Source: Octopus vulgaris (Eukaryota). Taken from it: a stretch of DNA of 64,000 bases. Of this stretch, positions 29,030 through 42,949 are shown one piece after another. How positions within the stretch are numbered: position 1 is the stretch's first letter; each line of letters starts with the position of its first letter. The notes beneath the pieces are model-generated. The model worked only from the letters and a program-made list of their open reading frames with translations, was not told where the DNA came from and ran no database searches. Made by a program: the position numbers and the translations under genes. Where the stretch lies: positions 38,998,001-39,062,000 of the forward strand of contig OX597830.1 in assembly GCA_951406725.2 (NCBI GenBank), in the 5' to 3' direction.

Positions 29030-29316
29030 TTGAAATCATTGTAATTTCGTATTTTCTTAATACGATTTTAGACCATGTTACGTGTGGAGAAATTTATGAA
29101 TGAATGATTCAAGAAGTAGAAAAATCTAAGGGAAGGTTATTGGTGATCATTATTATTGGACGCAGAGGAGGTAATCATTCATCATTCGTGGGGTAGGGGG
29201 AATAACTGAACATACACAAGAGATGAAATATGTACAGCGATGGGTATGTAATATGCAGAAAACTACGACTCACAAAAGCACTAACTGACGACAACAATGA
29301 AGATGAATCATTGATT

Positions 29317-30540
29317 AAAAACAGAAGTAATTATCTTCCACCTAAAGTGAGAATAAAATACTAGATGACATCTGCAACCGTACCCAAAAGTTCTCAAATG
29401 CCTGCCATAAGTGAAAAATTAATTCAAACCTCAACAATCAAGAATGGATAAATCTAACTGAACTACAAAACGGCAAAGAACTGACAATTAAAGAAGCAGA
29501 CAAAGGAAGTGTTGTAGTCCTGATAGACACAGAACACTACAAAGACCTAGTATTATCCATGCTAGAAAACGATAACTTCTACGAAGAAGTTGTAATCTAT
29601 AAGCGGCAAGAAACAATGAAAAATGTTACATCCCTAATACTTCTACATAGAAAAGGCCTGACAGGAAAAAATAGATTATATCACGAACTTAAAATAACAA
29701 GGTAGTTAATGAAGCCTGCAAACAATCCCCAGGCAAATACGTAAATATCCAAGCGCCAGAGGACTAAAGTTAAGACCCATTATAGCTGGTCCAGCCTGTG
29801 AAACCTACCGCGTGAGAAAATTTCTAGACATCCTTTTGAAACCCTTACTGAAATACATCAAAAGTTTCATTAGAGATAATCTAGACATGCTAGAACACTT
29901 ACCAAAAACAACTAATGAAGTGCAGTTATTGGTTTCCTTCGATGTCATTAATCTTTACAGCGGCATCCCACAGGAATAGAAGCGATAAAATTCTGCTTGG
30001 AAAATACCCCGAAGTACTTCCGGAACGCATAAAGCATGTCTTTTTTATTAAATCTTTAAAATTCATACTTCAGAACAATCTTTTCCTATTTGATGATACC
30101 TACTGTCGTCAAAAATGCGGAATTTTCGATGGGAACGAAGGCAACCCTGTTCTTGCTAAACTAGTAATGGGTTATTCTGAATTCACCATATATGAAGTGT
30201 CATGGCAAAAATATTGCTATGTATTTCACCATTATATAAGACAGAACTAGAAATGATACCTGAATGACTGTTTTATCATGTGGAAGGAGACCGTTGAAAA
30301 ACGTTTGGAATTCAAATGAATACTAAATATAATATAAACCCTAATATTCAATTCATAATGGAATATAGCAAAGAACTGTTCCCCTTATTGGATATTATGA
30401 TGAGAAAAGTCAACAACTAAGTTATAACTGACATTTACCATAGACCAAATGACTCGAAGCAGCATGTCTTGTTTAGCTCATGCCACCTTAAACACATCAA
30501 AAGAAATGTCCCCTTTAATTTAGCAAAAATGGAATTTCAC
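29317..30540 (+). pseudogene. Penelope-like element reverse transcriptase, degraded
   Basis: Across frames: IKEADKGSVVVLID, LRPIIAGPACET, FLDILLKPLLKYIKSFIRDNLD, LVSFDVINLY, FILQNNLFLFDDTYCRQKCGI, YLNDCF (YxDD site), TDIYHRP...FSSCH..HIKRNVPFNLA. Many stops and frameshifts. Confidence 0.9.
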
Positions 30541-30853
30541 AATATATATATATATGTCTGTTGTATGCGTGTGTATGTGCTCGAATGTGTGTGTGCGTGG
30601 GGGGAAAATTAAGTGACAGCTAGTCATTGAAAACATAAGGTTTGTTGTACAGCTGGGATTTGTCACATTTTCTAATTAGACTTTTGCTTTGGAATTAAGC
30701 AATAATGTTGCTAAATCCATTAGGTCGAATTATCGATATTTTCCGAATCTCACTTTCAAATTAATTTGCTGCAATGTCATGCGTCTGGGAATGATTATAT
30801 AGCTGATAGAATCTGGACTTTAAAATATAGATCGACAAATATTCCTAGATATT

Positions 30854-31231
30854 CTTTTCTACTCTAGGCACAAAGGCTGAAAATTTTGAAGAGGATGCAG
30901 CCGATTAGATCACCACTAGTACGCAACTGAAACTTAATTTATCGACGCAGAAAGGATGAAAGGCAAAGTCGACCTCGGCGGATTTTGAACTCAGAACATA
31001 GCGGCAGACGTAATACCTGTTTCTTTACTACCCACAAGGGGCTAAACATAGAGAGGACAAACAAGGACAGACAAACGGATTAAGTCGATCACATCGACCC
31101 CAGCGCGTAACTGGTACTTAATTTATCGACCCCGAAAGGATGAAAAGCAAAGTCGACCTCGGCGGAATTTGAACTCAGAACGGCTACGCATTTCGCCCGG
31201 CGTGCTAACTTTGATGCCAGCTCGCCACCTT
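30854..31231 (-). mobile_element. Composite SINE family A with TSD
   Basis: 17-bp TSD aaatattcctagatatt at 30837-30853 and 31232-31248. Confidence 0.92.
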
Positions 31232-31499
31232 AAATATTCCTAGATATTACCAAAGAGATGCAGATCAATATGTATAACATTTCAGTTAAACAAAAATCAT
31301 TAATTAACACAAATAAGCCCTCGGCGGAAGCGAATCTCCCTAACGACACAATATCAGTTTTTACAAGCGCTTAAAGTTTGATCCACTAAAGAAACATTGA
31401 ACATTAAAATCTTTCGCGAGTATCTGAGATCATTTAGTAATAGGTTTGCAAATATATTAGTCGAAAGCATAAAACAATGAAAATTCACAGTGTTACAAG

Positions 31500-32300
31500 A
31501 TATGTAATACTCACTATAATTTCACAAACAGTATATTGTATGATCCTGATACACTCGTGTGATATAATGGATTCATACATCATCAAAACTCATAACATAG
31601 ACGTCAAAATATATCACACATAACAACAAATTCATAGTAGGGCTATATCGCAATAATACCAGAAGGAAACACTCACTAATATGAAATCATACCTATGAAA
31701 ACACAGAGGCCATCAAAAGTTATATGCAATTTTCAGTTTAAACATGAAAATTGTAAATGGAATTAAATCGGACGCACATATACACTTCTTTCTCGTTGGT
31801 TGACTATGTATTTAAACTAAGAATTATTGCATCACGTTATAATACCGTATATAAAACGAAATTTTATTGAAAAATATTTGTTGATATCATAGCAAATATA
31901 AATTTGCTAGATTTAAAAAGAAAAGTCAATTAGAACAAAAACAGAACATCTACTAAAACCAACGTCGAAGAACAAATTAAAGACACATATATAGCATAAC
32001 TAGAGGTATGTTATATTTTGAAACCTGCCATAATATTCCGTTGTATAAATTTGAATATAGATTTGGAACCCGGCCATAATAATAAATATAGATTTGAAAA
32101 TTTTATCACTTATAGAATTATCTCGGAAATTTATTGCAGCTTACAGCAGGACATATCGACTGTAAGCCATATCAATAATTAAATTTGAAAATGAGATTTT
32201 GAAGCTTCTAAAGCGACAGCCTAAGGAATTTTCAAAACACATGCATGGGGCTACAATGGAAATATGACAAACTCAATAATATCGAAGACCATATTTTAAC
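31500..32300 (-). pseudogene. Possible decayed rhodopsin-class GPCR
   Basis: SNLIIDMAYSRYVLL (MAYSRY at 32153-32170, DRY-like) and CMNPLY (31562-31579, NPxxY-like) lie ~590 nt apart with hydrophobic stretches and many stops. A diverged direct copy lies at ~27570-27920. Confidence 0.3.
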
Positions 32301-32549
32301 GTTATTGAATCTATCGATGTCGAGTCGTTGTGCTTGCACTGTACGCAACTTTCAGTTTAGTTCCAGTTGAGTGATTCATCCGTAATGATGTCGTTGAAGA
32401 CTGAGTAGGTCTAAACATCTATACATATATATTGGTGTGTGTGTGTGGGGGGGGGTATGTGTGTGTGGGGGGTTATGTGTGTGTGTGTGTGTGTATGTGT
32501 GTATGTGTGTGTGTGTGTGTGTGTGTAAGTGCGTGTATATATATTGTTT

Positions 32550-32952
32550 TATTCTTTCACTGCTTTCAGTCATTTGACTGTGGCCATGCTAGAACAACGC
32601 CTTGAAGTGTTTTAGTGGAAGAAATCGACCCCAGGACCTATTCTGTGTATGCATAGTACTTATACTATTGGTGTCTTGTGGCGAACCGCTAAGTTACGGG
32701 AACGTAATTACACCAATAATGGCGAAGCATAAGCAGAAACACAAAGACACTTATATATGTGTGTGAGCGTGTGTGTGTGACTGTGTGTGCGCGCGCGTGT
32801 ATACAACGAGCTTCTTTCAGTTTCCGTCTACCAAAATCCACTTGCAAGGCTTTGTTCGGTCCGTAGTTAGAATAGAAGACATATATTAAAGGTGCCACTC
32901 AGTGGATGTGAACGCGGAGACACGTGGTTGGAAAGCAAGCTTCTTAACAGGC

Positions 32953-32953
<1 letters not shown>
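32550..32953 (-). mobile_element. SINE family B
   Basis: tttcagtcatttgactgtggccatgct tail and cttctttcagtttccgtctaccaaaatcc core are reverse complements of the 49903-50390 copy. Confidence 0.85.
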
Positions 32954-32992
<39 letters not shown>

Positions 32993-33086
32993 TATATGTG
33001 TGTGCATATGTATGAATATATATATATATATATAGACATATAAGGAGAAACAGGGAGAAAGAGCATGAGAGATAGATTTAGGCAGA

Positions 33087-33137
<51 letters not shown>

Positions 33138-33918
33138 GTGTATGTATACACTCTATGCAAACTACATACGCGCGCAGACACACACATCACTGATTGAATG
33201 TACGTGACGTATGTTTTTATGAAAGTGAATTTTTCTTATATATAAATGTTAAGCGATATTTGGGTGAGCTTTGAAGTTTGAAAATGAAATAAAATGCTGG
33301 ATTCATTTTATTATTTCTATTTAATCTTAATATTATACAATATTTAGCCTCAGTATGTTTCCTTATCTAACATACACTCCACTACTTGATTGTGTATTTA
33401 TTTAAAATTTATGTTTACTTATAATATGATTTATATACCGTTAAAATTTATCTACAAATTTGCGTACTATATAGTAATAGAATACTAAGATTATTTCAAC
33501 TACATTACTGGTGATCGTTCTTTAGTTATGCGTATAGACTGTAATAGCCGCATTGCTTACCTAAATACTCTTATAAGTTATAGGATACGCAATGACGATT
33601 AATAGAATAAAAGTTTTTCTTCTGGTTCCTACGGCATTGAAGTTTTATAAATTTTAAACAATTAGATGTACATATGAAGATACGAATGTATAAATTCTTG
33701 CATGAATGCTTGTATATATATATATACAGACAGACATAACATGCATACATGCATGTATATATATATATATATGTGTGTGGGGGTGGGTGTATATATATAT
33801 ATATATACTCAATCGAAACATGAACAAGCAAAAATTTAAAAAAAACGCGAGGACGTGGAATAAGTACGCTCAGGAATGGAAAGAAAAAAATATATATAGA
33901 TATATATGTAAGTCTATG

Positions 33919-34034
<116 letters not shown>

Positions 34035-34580
34035 TATGTATGTATGTGTATGTATAGGGACATATATATACACATAAATACAAATGTGCACATAAATGCG
34101 TACATATATAAATGCATGTCTGTATCTATGAAGTTATGAATATGTACGTATACAGATGGGTGTACATGTGTAAATATATATCGTTTTATATGTAAACATG
34201 AATACGTGCGATCCTGCGTGGAATTATTTATACATTTTCTTTGTACCTTATGCTTACTTATGGAAATAAAGTTTTAGTGAGCTCTTCCTGATAGCGAATG
34301 TAATGACAAATTAAATTCATTTCTTTCTTTATTTTGTATCTTGTATTAAGGTATTAGTTATATAGCCAGAGTCTAAATCACACTAAATTCTGTGCACTCC
34401 ACCATTGTGTGAATAAACGCACGCGTGCACACACACCAGCACACACACACCAGCGCACACACATTCTCACAAACACACACAGACACACATACAAACGCAC
34501 AATGTGTATACATACATATTACACACATAGATATACATATATATACATACATACATACAAACATATATATATACATATAT

Positions 34581-34674
34581 ATTGTCATTACCAGAAAACC
34601 AGGAACTTCTAAGTGTAGTAACTTACCATTGGCTCTGCCGCTAACTTTGTGAAAGATGTATATCAAGAATATAC

Positions 34675-34758
<84 letters not shown>

Positions 34759-34920
34759 TGATAAGTTTTATCGATGATTTCTAAAAGCTTACAAAATGTA
34801 CTTAATAAAACAGATATTTTAAGTTCTAAAATTCTTGATATACATCTTTTACGAAGTTAGCCGCAGTTCGAATGGAAAGTTGCTATACTTAAAAACTCCT
34901 GGTTTTCCGGTAATGACAAT
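34581..34920. mobile_element. Fold-back element with 90-bp arms around a (TA)n tract
   Basis: 34581-34670 (attgtcattacc...gatgtatatcaagaat) is the imperfect reverse complement of 34831-34920. Confidence 0.8.
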
Positions 34921-35380
34921 AAACTTTGAAATTTTATTTCATAAAACAGACCTGTATGTTCAATTCTAAAGCTCTTGTAATTTTCACAACGTTAAGAGTA
35001 ACACGATTGGTTAAATTGATACACTTAAATTCTATAGATTTCCGAACAAATTTTACTATAATACAATATTTCGATTTCCCAACAATGACTTAGAAATATG
35101 TAAGGGCTATGCTATAGCAAACGGCGTGTAAATACATGCGTGGCACAATCTTTTCCTTGTGCGTGCCGTCTGTAACCACAAATGTAAACATTGTTATAAT
35201 TATTTGTTTGAGTTCTAACCATGTACAATAGTTGTATTCTTTTCACATCTATAATGCATTTACGCATACGATTTACTGGTAACTACTAGATATGAGCCAT
35301 AAACTGCTCATTATAGCGCATTTTAAGAAATATATTTTAATATATATTTTAATATAAATTTTAATATATTTTATAAGTAA

Positions 35381-35909
35381 CTAGCAGTATCGCCCGGCGT
35401 TGCTCGGGTTTGTAAGGGAAATAACTATAAAAGCATTTTTAGAGAGTTATAGCAAAAAAATGCATTAAAAATGGAATAAAAAATGATGATTTTTTTTTTA
35501 AATCGTTGACTCAGTGTCTTCAATCCATGAAGTCGTTGTTCTAAAAGAACGCTGGTCTCCTTGACAACGCTTTACGACGTTGATTTCCTTACACTCCCTT
35601 CCCCACAGCTTCACGAGGGAGGGAAGAAGGGGGAGAAGCAAACAGGTGCAGGTGTGACCATGGACGCCAACTCCGCCGCCATCGACACACGAAAAAATAT
35701 GCATTAAAATGGAATAAAAAATGATGTTAAATTATTTTTAAAATCGTAGACTCATCGTAGACGCGCGCTAATACTCAGACGGGCTCGATATGAATCACGA
35801 CTATAAGATACCCGAATTTGGTTAAACTGCACCGCAAAATGTGGGAGTAGTTAGGAATCTAAATCGAAGGGGACAGACACTCACACAACTACAGTTTTAT
35901 ATATATAGA
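35381..35909 (-). mobile_element. Complete non-autonomous Helitron
   Basis: Minus strand A|TCTATATATATAAAA 5' end, 3' hairpin cccgagcaacgccggg followed by CTAG|T. Internal ~60-bp direct repeat at ~35455 and ~35693. Confidence 0.85.
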
Positions 35910-36021
35910 TTTCATTATATGCAACTGAAACAAGCTATTGCGACATATGTGTATCTATTTATCGATCTATTATTCTGTCTGTCAATCAATCTATCTATTT
36001 ATCTCTCGCTATCCCTCTCTT

Positions 36022-36088
<67 letters not shown>

Positions 36089-36667
36089 ATATATATATAG
36101 AAGCGGCGCAGCTTGACTGAAACTGAAACATTGCCATGAGGTTGGCAAGTAAAATTTTTACAACACCCTCACGGCTGCACTTTATGAAAATAAGCAAAAT
36201 ATTATCCTCTAAAAGTTAAAATGTCCCCATTTACTATCATGAAGCGGAGTGTTGATTGGCATACATGATTCACAACAACGGTCATGTTGGGGTTAGATCT
36301 AACCGCAAGGCTTTTTCTGTTTTTGTCTTTCGTTGCTTACGCATTGCAACAATTGTAGACCAAACATTTCCTCAAAAATGCAAAAGCTATATTTATTAAA
36401 TTTATCATAAAATTTCCCTTTTATTTTCCATTTACAATTTGCATAATTCCTACTCTTCTTTGAAGCGATATTGGTGAAACATTTAATAATGTATGATGTT
36501 CATTTATTTAACAAATAAAAGCTAGAACTCTCTGCATTGAATCAATTTACGATTACGGCTTCTGTGCCTAATTATTTAGAACTTCCTCTATCTAGCTAGC
36601 TAGCTAGCAAGACGAACAGACAGAGTTCATTATTATCCACGCAGGGCTGAACACAGATGAGACAGTA

Positions 36668-37261
36668 CTAGATAATGGGTGCGATGTACGCATTCGCCAC
36701 CTCAACCCGACCTTTTAGAGATAGCTTCTCAGCCCATTGCTGGGTGAGAGTCGCCACCCTACTCGTTATCTCTTCCCTGTTCTTCTCCATTTGGAGGTCT
36801 GGAGCGCACCTGATCCCGAGCAGTTTAAGTGGTTCGTTGGTCCAGTCCCCCACGATGGAGACACTGTTAGACGGCATAGGCTTGCTTCTTCAGGTGCCGA
36901 GCCGCAAGCCCACTGGCTTTCCCGGATTAATTTTCGCTCCCGTTACCTACGAGTTCGATATGCCTGTAGCTCGACACTATGACAGTGACATCGTCCGCGT
37001 ATGCAGACACGCTCCTCCCACATCCCAGTTTTCGCGGGATGCTCCTATGCTTTCGATTGAACCAAATTGATCAGCACCCCACTCAAGCCAGATTCCTTAA
37101 CTACAGTGTCTATGATGTAGTGCATCAGATGAAGGTTGTCATGGATACTTCTGCCCGGCACGTCGCATGTTTGCACTTTGTCCGTTAGTTTTTCGATGAC
37201 AACCTCTCGGCTAGCAACTTGACCAAAATTCTCATAACTGCGTTGAACAGAATATATACAC

Positions 37262-37315
<54 letters not shown>

Positions 37316-37536
37316 CTGTATTTATGTATAGAAACAAGACATTACCAACGGTGCAAATAACATAAAAAAAACGAGAGAAAATAGAAAACTGGGGATACTC
37401 CCGTTTTGCTGCCAGTTGCAGTAGACTGTTGCAAAGACTTCTTCAAACAAGTCTGGCATTTGACAATAAAGCTCGTAGGGCAGAGCATCCAAGCCCAGCG
37501 ACTTTTCTCTCGTGCAGCCTGCCATCGCATTCCGTA
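36668..37536 (-). pseudogene. L1/Tx1-clade LINE reverse transcriptase fragments
   Basis: KSLGLDALPYELY...WQQNGSIP (37391-37536), then PGRSIHDNLHL...LINLVQSKA, SVSAYADDVTV, LKLLGI, KLSLKGRVEVAN (36668-37250). Interrupted by a duplicated segment. Confidence 0.88.
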
Positions 37537-37601
37537 CACACACTCACACACACACACGCACACACACACACATATATATACATATATACATATATATACA
37601 C

Positions 37602-37651
<50 letters not shown>

Positions 37652-37791
37652 CTGTATTTATGTATAGAAACAAGACATTACCAACGGTGCAAATAACATA
37701 AAATAAACGAGAGAAAATAGAAAACTGGACAAGTAAACAGAGAAAGCCCCCTTGCCGGCTGTCTATCTACTCCTCATTTCGATCATTCAAC

Positions 37792-37844
<53 letters not shown>

Positions 37845-37851
37845 TATATAG

Positions 37852-38046
37852 GGAGAGTTTACGAAAAAAAGAAGACGAAGACAGGTGGTGTACAAAACAA
37901 ACAGATGAATTAGTATAATGCTCAGGAATAGAAAATGTCTTTTACGTTTCGAGCCTACGCGCTTCTACAGAAAGGGACACAGAAACAACAAAGAGAGAAA
38001 AAAAGGAGAGAAAAATGTTTGTGGTGGCTAGCGATCTATCATAGCG

Positions 38047-38047
<1 letters not shown>
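37852..38047 (-). mobile_element. Short repeat with A6U hammerhead motif (copy 2), inserted in (TA)n
   Basis: Motif 37939-37974 minus: cttt-CTGTAGA-A-GCGC-gtag-GCTC-GAAA-CG-TA-aaag. (TA)n on both sides. Confidence 0.8.
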
Positions 38048-38122
<75 letters not shown>

Positions 38123-38169
38123 ATATGTATATATGTATATATATATACATATATGTATATATGCATATG

Positions 38170-38235
<66 letters not shown>

Positions 38236-38418
38236 AGTATGTAATATTGCACGTTGAAGGTTAAATAAGTCTACACGCGTTTTTAGTTTCTACGTTATTT
38301 GAAGATCGTACATGTTTGTTATATGGTATTTCTGAAACTGTGACACGTTGTGTGTTATAATAAATTATATGTATATATATGTACCTGTTTGTATTGGTTG
38401 TTTTATTGCATACATACC

Positions 38419-38502
<84 letters not shown>

Positions 38503-40827
38503 GAAAATGATATTTGTTTGTTCGAACTGGTTATATAGAAATTGTTTTGTGTATCATTGAGAAGTCTTCGAAATCCGAATTCTCATGTGTCGTTTATATA
38601 ACAGGCATATGCTTTCAATCGATACCACCATATATTTCCTAAGAGAGAGAGAGAGAGAGAAAAAAAAAAGGTAAAAATGAATGTTTGTACGTCACCCACA
38701 CTTAGTTGAAGTAAATTAAATTGAGATTCTCTCGTTTTCTGACTTTCTGGCAAAAAGCCCTCATATTGTCTCTATCCAGTCGTGTTAACTCTAATGAAAT
38801 CCAAAATCAAAATAGAGCTACAATATTTGTACGGAAGCCAAATGTACACCAGAAATTATTTAAGGAGTTTATTTGGCTTATTTTCAATGCATCTTAAACG
38901 TCCGAACAGAAGTTTAGAAACAAATGGAAACTTTTCGTAGTTAGTTTGTTATAAATTTCATTTTCCTGCAACATGACTTATTACACTTGTGATGCAATAT
39001 ACTTCTGTCAGGTCGCATATAAATTGAATACTCACGTATCGCTGTGTAATGAATGAGTTCCTCCTTACACATAGAAAGTGTGTGGTTAATAAAGAATACA
39101 TTTCATAGTATCTTGGTGTCCATATCTGAGAGTAAAGGTTGAATATCGAGCTAACTAATTTCCTCTGTTCTCTTTCGACCGTTACAATAGATTTTGACTT
39201 TCATGACACCATTTAAAGCAATATTGCTTTGTTTTCCTCTGGAGTTAATAGTATATCTTCCGATAGTGTAATGTAGTAAATTCATTTCCAGACAAAATTC
39301 ATTTTGAATGCTGGCTGCGTACCTTGCCGGAAGAAACTCGTTCACATATAAATTACATATATTTTACAAATTTATTTAATGACTGGGCGCTTAAAATCTT
39401 TTTTACACCCTTCTTTGTATGAGTTCAGTTCCTTAAGTCTCAGATACTTTAACATAAAAAAATTTCTTTATGTATAGCCAGCGTTGCATTCGATAATGAT
39501 TTCGAAAACAGATTTTTGTTAAAACAGTATAGTAATTACTGAAAAGGATATACATTGTACCTGAATAGTACAATTTTAAGTTTCGTTCCAGAAGTTGGCT
39601 CTCTTATTACTGAGCAAATATGATGTTTACGTGTTCCATATATCACATACATTGATTTATTCACACTGGCAAAAGTTCAAATTAGATAGCTAGATAATAT
39701 TTTCAGTTGAATTAACCTCAGTATATTACTTATATATTAATATCATCGACTACGTAAGAATGAAATTTCAGACACTGGCAGATTTGCAATTCAGGGCAAT
39801 CTCCGACAGCAATGGACACTATACGAGCATGAGTGCTTAGTAGTAGCTGTCAACAATGGTTTCTTCCCGGGGTAAATGTCAAAGGAAATTAGAGACATTC
39901 CTGAGTAAAGGTTGAAATATTTTTCACTGATCTCATTTATGAAATTCTACTGTCTTTAATAATAACATAATAATCACCGTATGTTATAAGCTATAGACAC
40001 CTTTTTTCGTTGTGAAAATTTGAACTATTATGAATTAAATAAGATTACGCTTCGGTAGCAAAGTTAGATCTCTATACAAGAATCAGAATGCTTTCATAAT
40101 TTACAACCTTAGACCTCCTACTCTTTCGCATACACCAACGTCTTCAGGTATAAAAAAATAATCAATATCTTACAAATCAGGAGAAAGTTTGGTATGTCAG
40201 TAATAACTGTAAATTCCAACAGAAAAGAATTTAATTTCGTGTATTATAGTAATTCCGTTGTCAATTATTAAAGCTTGCAATTAGTCTGTCTTTGTAATTT
40301 ATGTAATGTGGCAATCTGTTATTACGTTCGAAGATTACCAGTGTAGCACCTTTTGTATAATATTTCAGTTCTCGATTGAAGTAATGAGGTAATAATTCAT
40401 GTGAAAACACTAACAATATTTTCATTTATATTCATTCACTTCACCCATATTTCAATGATGGTAAATAATGATGGACTGGTATAAACTTTATTAATTACCC
40501 ATCATATCGTATGTATTTATATATTTATTTGGAATTAGTAAAAGCCAGCGTGTTATTGGTATATTTATTTATATACATATATATACATGTATATATACTT
40601 GTATGAGCGCCTATATATGTATATATATGAGCATCTATGTGCGATACGTGTGTGAAGAACGTTTTGTACATGTATGCATATATGTACTTATTACATCTAG
40701 TATATCTTTTGCTTCAAATCTAGTTTGCTTCAAATCTGGTTTAAATCATATCGAGAGTACGTTTCATACTTGGAAAATTTATCTCTCTCTCTCTTTCTCC
40801 CCCTCCCCCTCTCTCTCGTTATATATG

Positions 40828-40894
<67 letters not shown>

Positions 40895-41489
40895 CGAGAG
40901 AGAGCGAGTGAGAGATATAAATATAGATAGATAGATATATAATTACTTATTCTTTTATTGTAATTAAGTTAATATAATCCATTTGGAATGTGTATACTGT
41001 TTCCTCGCAACAAAAATGGGTTTTGATTTTGCTTTTATGCATGACAACAAATTTATATCCGGAATACATATTTTGGGTTAGTGACGGTTTTAAAATTCAT
41101 ATATGTGAGAGTGCAACAAGTTGTTAGGTAAGAACCTAAAAATTACTGATTAGTACCAAATTCCCTACAGTTTTAAAAGAAAATTCTCATTCCCTTAAGA
41201 ACGACTTTCTGCCTTCTCTCTCGTATTAACTGTTCCAATATGGGTTCCAGAAATATAAAACAACGGGGAAATAAAGGTGCAAACGTAATAGATAGATTTT
41301 TTTTTTCAATCATGAGCTATTTTCATATTCAATAGCTATGACAAGAACTCTATGTGTGTATGGGTGCCTGTGTGGTGCAAACAGAACGAAAAGCTTATAT
41401 TGCATGTATGTTTTGTTTTATGTATGCATTCACATGCATATAGTTGCATGTCGAAACATGTTCATATATATTTAAATGATAATCTTCAG

Positions 41490-42060
41490 GATTTTTACGG
41501 TTCCATTGATAAATTGGAACTGTGTCTTCGAATTAGTTTCCTCCTTTCAGGTTTTGAGAAGCCTAATTTCTCGAGATTGGTATTTAGGCTGCGTGTTACT
41601 TATCCCAAGGCCCTAATAATTACAACTATAAACCTACACTTCTAATCTGGATAGAGTATCTACAGATTTCTCAGTAGTTCAATGTAGGTATTCACTTTTC
41701 CACTGATCTTCAGCTTTATGTTAACATCTGCTGGGCAACTAATCTCCACAACTGTACACAGTTTCTCTTTTCTATCCCAAATCATTATATCAAGTCTCCT
41801 GTGCTTACATTTTAATGAGCTTTTCCCTGGGACATTCCACCAGTACTCCTTTTTATTATGAGTGGCTATGGCCTCCACCATAATATGGATTCTTATTTCT
41901 TTGTCCTTGGGGCTATCCTTCCAACGGCTTTCATTATAGAGTGTCCTAGCTACAACACCATGCCGAATCGGCAAATAAAACCGTGATGATATTTTCGGAT
42001 AACTGCCTATGATGTGGGAGATATCTTCGGTCTTAACTCCACAAAGTGTCCTTCCGTTGT
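41490..42060 (-). pseudogene. C-terminal fragment of an RLE-type non-LTR retrotransposon (R4/NeSL-like)
   Basis: Degenerate zinc knuckle CG..EDISHIIG, RH motif (IRHGVVA), RRLDIMIWD...VEISCP (PD..E nuclease core), K..Y..L, and ALG further downstream. Confidence 0.85.
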
Positions 42061-42129
42061 CCCATTTTACTGCTTTTCCTGCATCTCTATCCCTTTTGTG
42101 CATCAAGTATTTAGTTCCTCTATGTATGC

Positions 42130-42162
<33 letters not shown>

Positions 42163-42949
42163 TGTATGTATGTATGTATGTATGTATGTATGTATGTGTG
42201 TGTGTATGTATTTAAATATATGCGAATATATATACATAGAGAGCTATTACCCCCTATTATGCCGATGATGTACAGGACATAAGAAGTGAGGTTCATACGT
42301 TTCATAGGTAACTATGTTAAATTTAACTGGTGTAATTATTCCAAAAATATTGTAAGAAAACTTTTAGCGCTTCCGCTTTTTACGTTCTTGTGTATAGATT
42401 AACTGTGAAGCTTTCCAATTGTACAAACAACTGCAGTAGAATTTTATTAACTTAATTTTGGACCAATTGTATGTATTTAAGTAACAGTTTACATTCAAAT
42501 TTATTCTGAAATACGAAAATACACAGCATCGTATATTACCCCAGTACCCAACACACATCATGTTTCTATTTTGGCATCGTAGTTTTTCCGGATCATTACA
42601 GATGAGGTAAAACGTTGTGACTGAAGGTGAAAATATTCCCGGGTAGTTAAGGATATATTATGAACCGTCCTAAACCATGTCACACAGGAGAAAGCACTAC
42701 GGGTTAAATTTTTAAGATATCATGTAGATCACTTCTTCGAGCAGTACTTCTGATTATTTTCCAAACATTTAAAATGATTGCTTAAATTAAATATTAGGAA
42801 ATTATTTAAACACAAATTTTAGATATAACGTTCGAGTGATACTTTACTTTTATTGGAGCTTGAAAGCTTCACAAACACAACGTATTCAATAAAATCGAAG
42901 AGCATCCACGCGAGTGATCTTCCTGCTAGGAATGTCAGCCGTATCTCCA

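Noticed and set aside
40110-40152. Minus-strand CTGAAGA...GCGAAAGAGTA
   Set aside because: Stems I-III do not pair convincingly.
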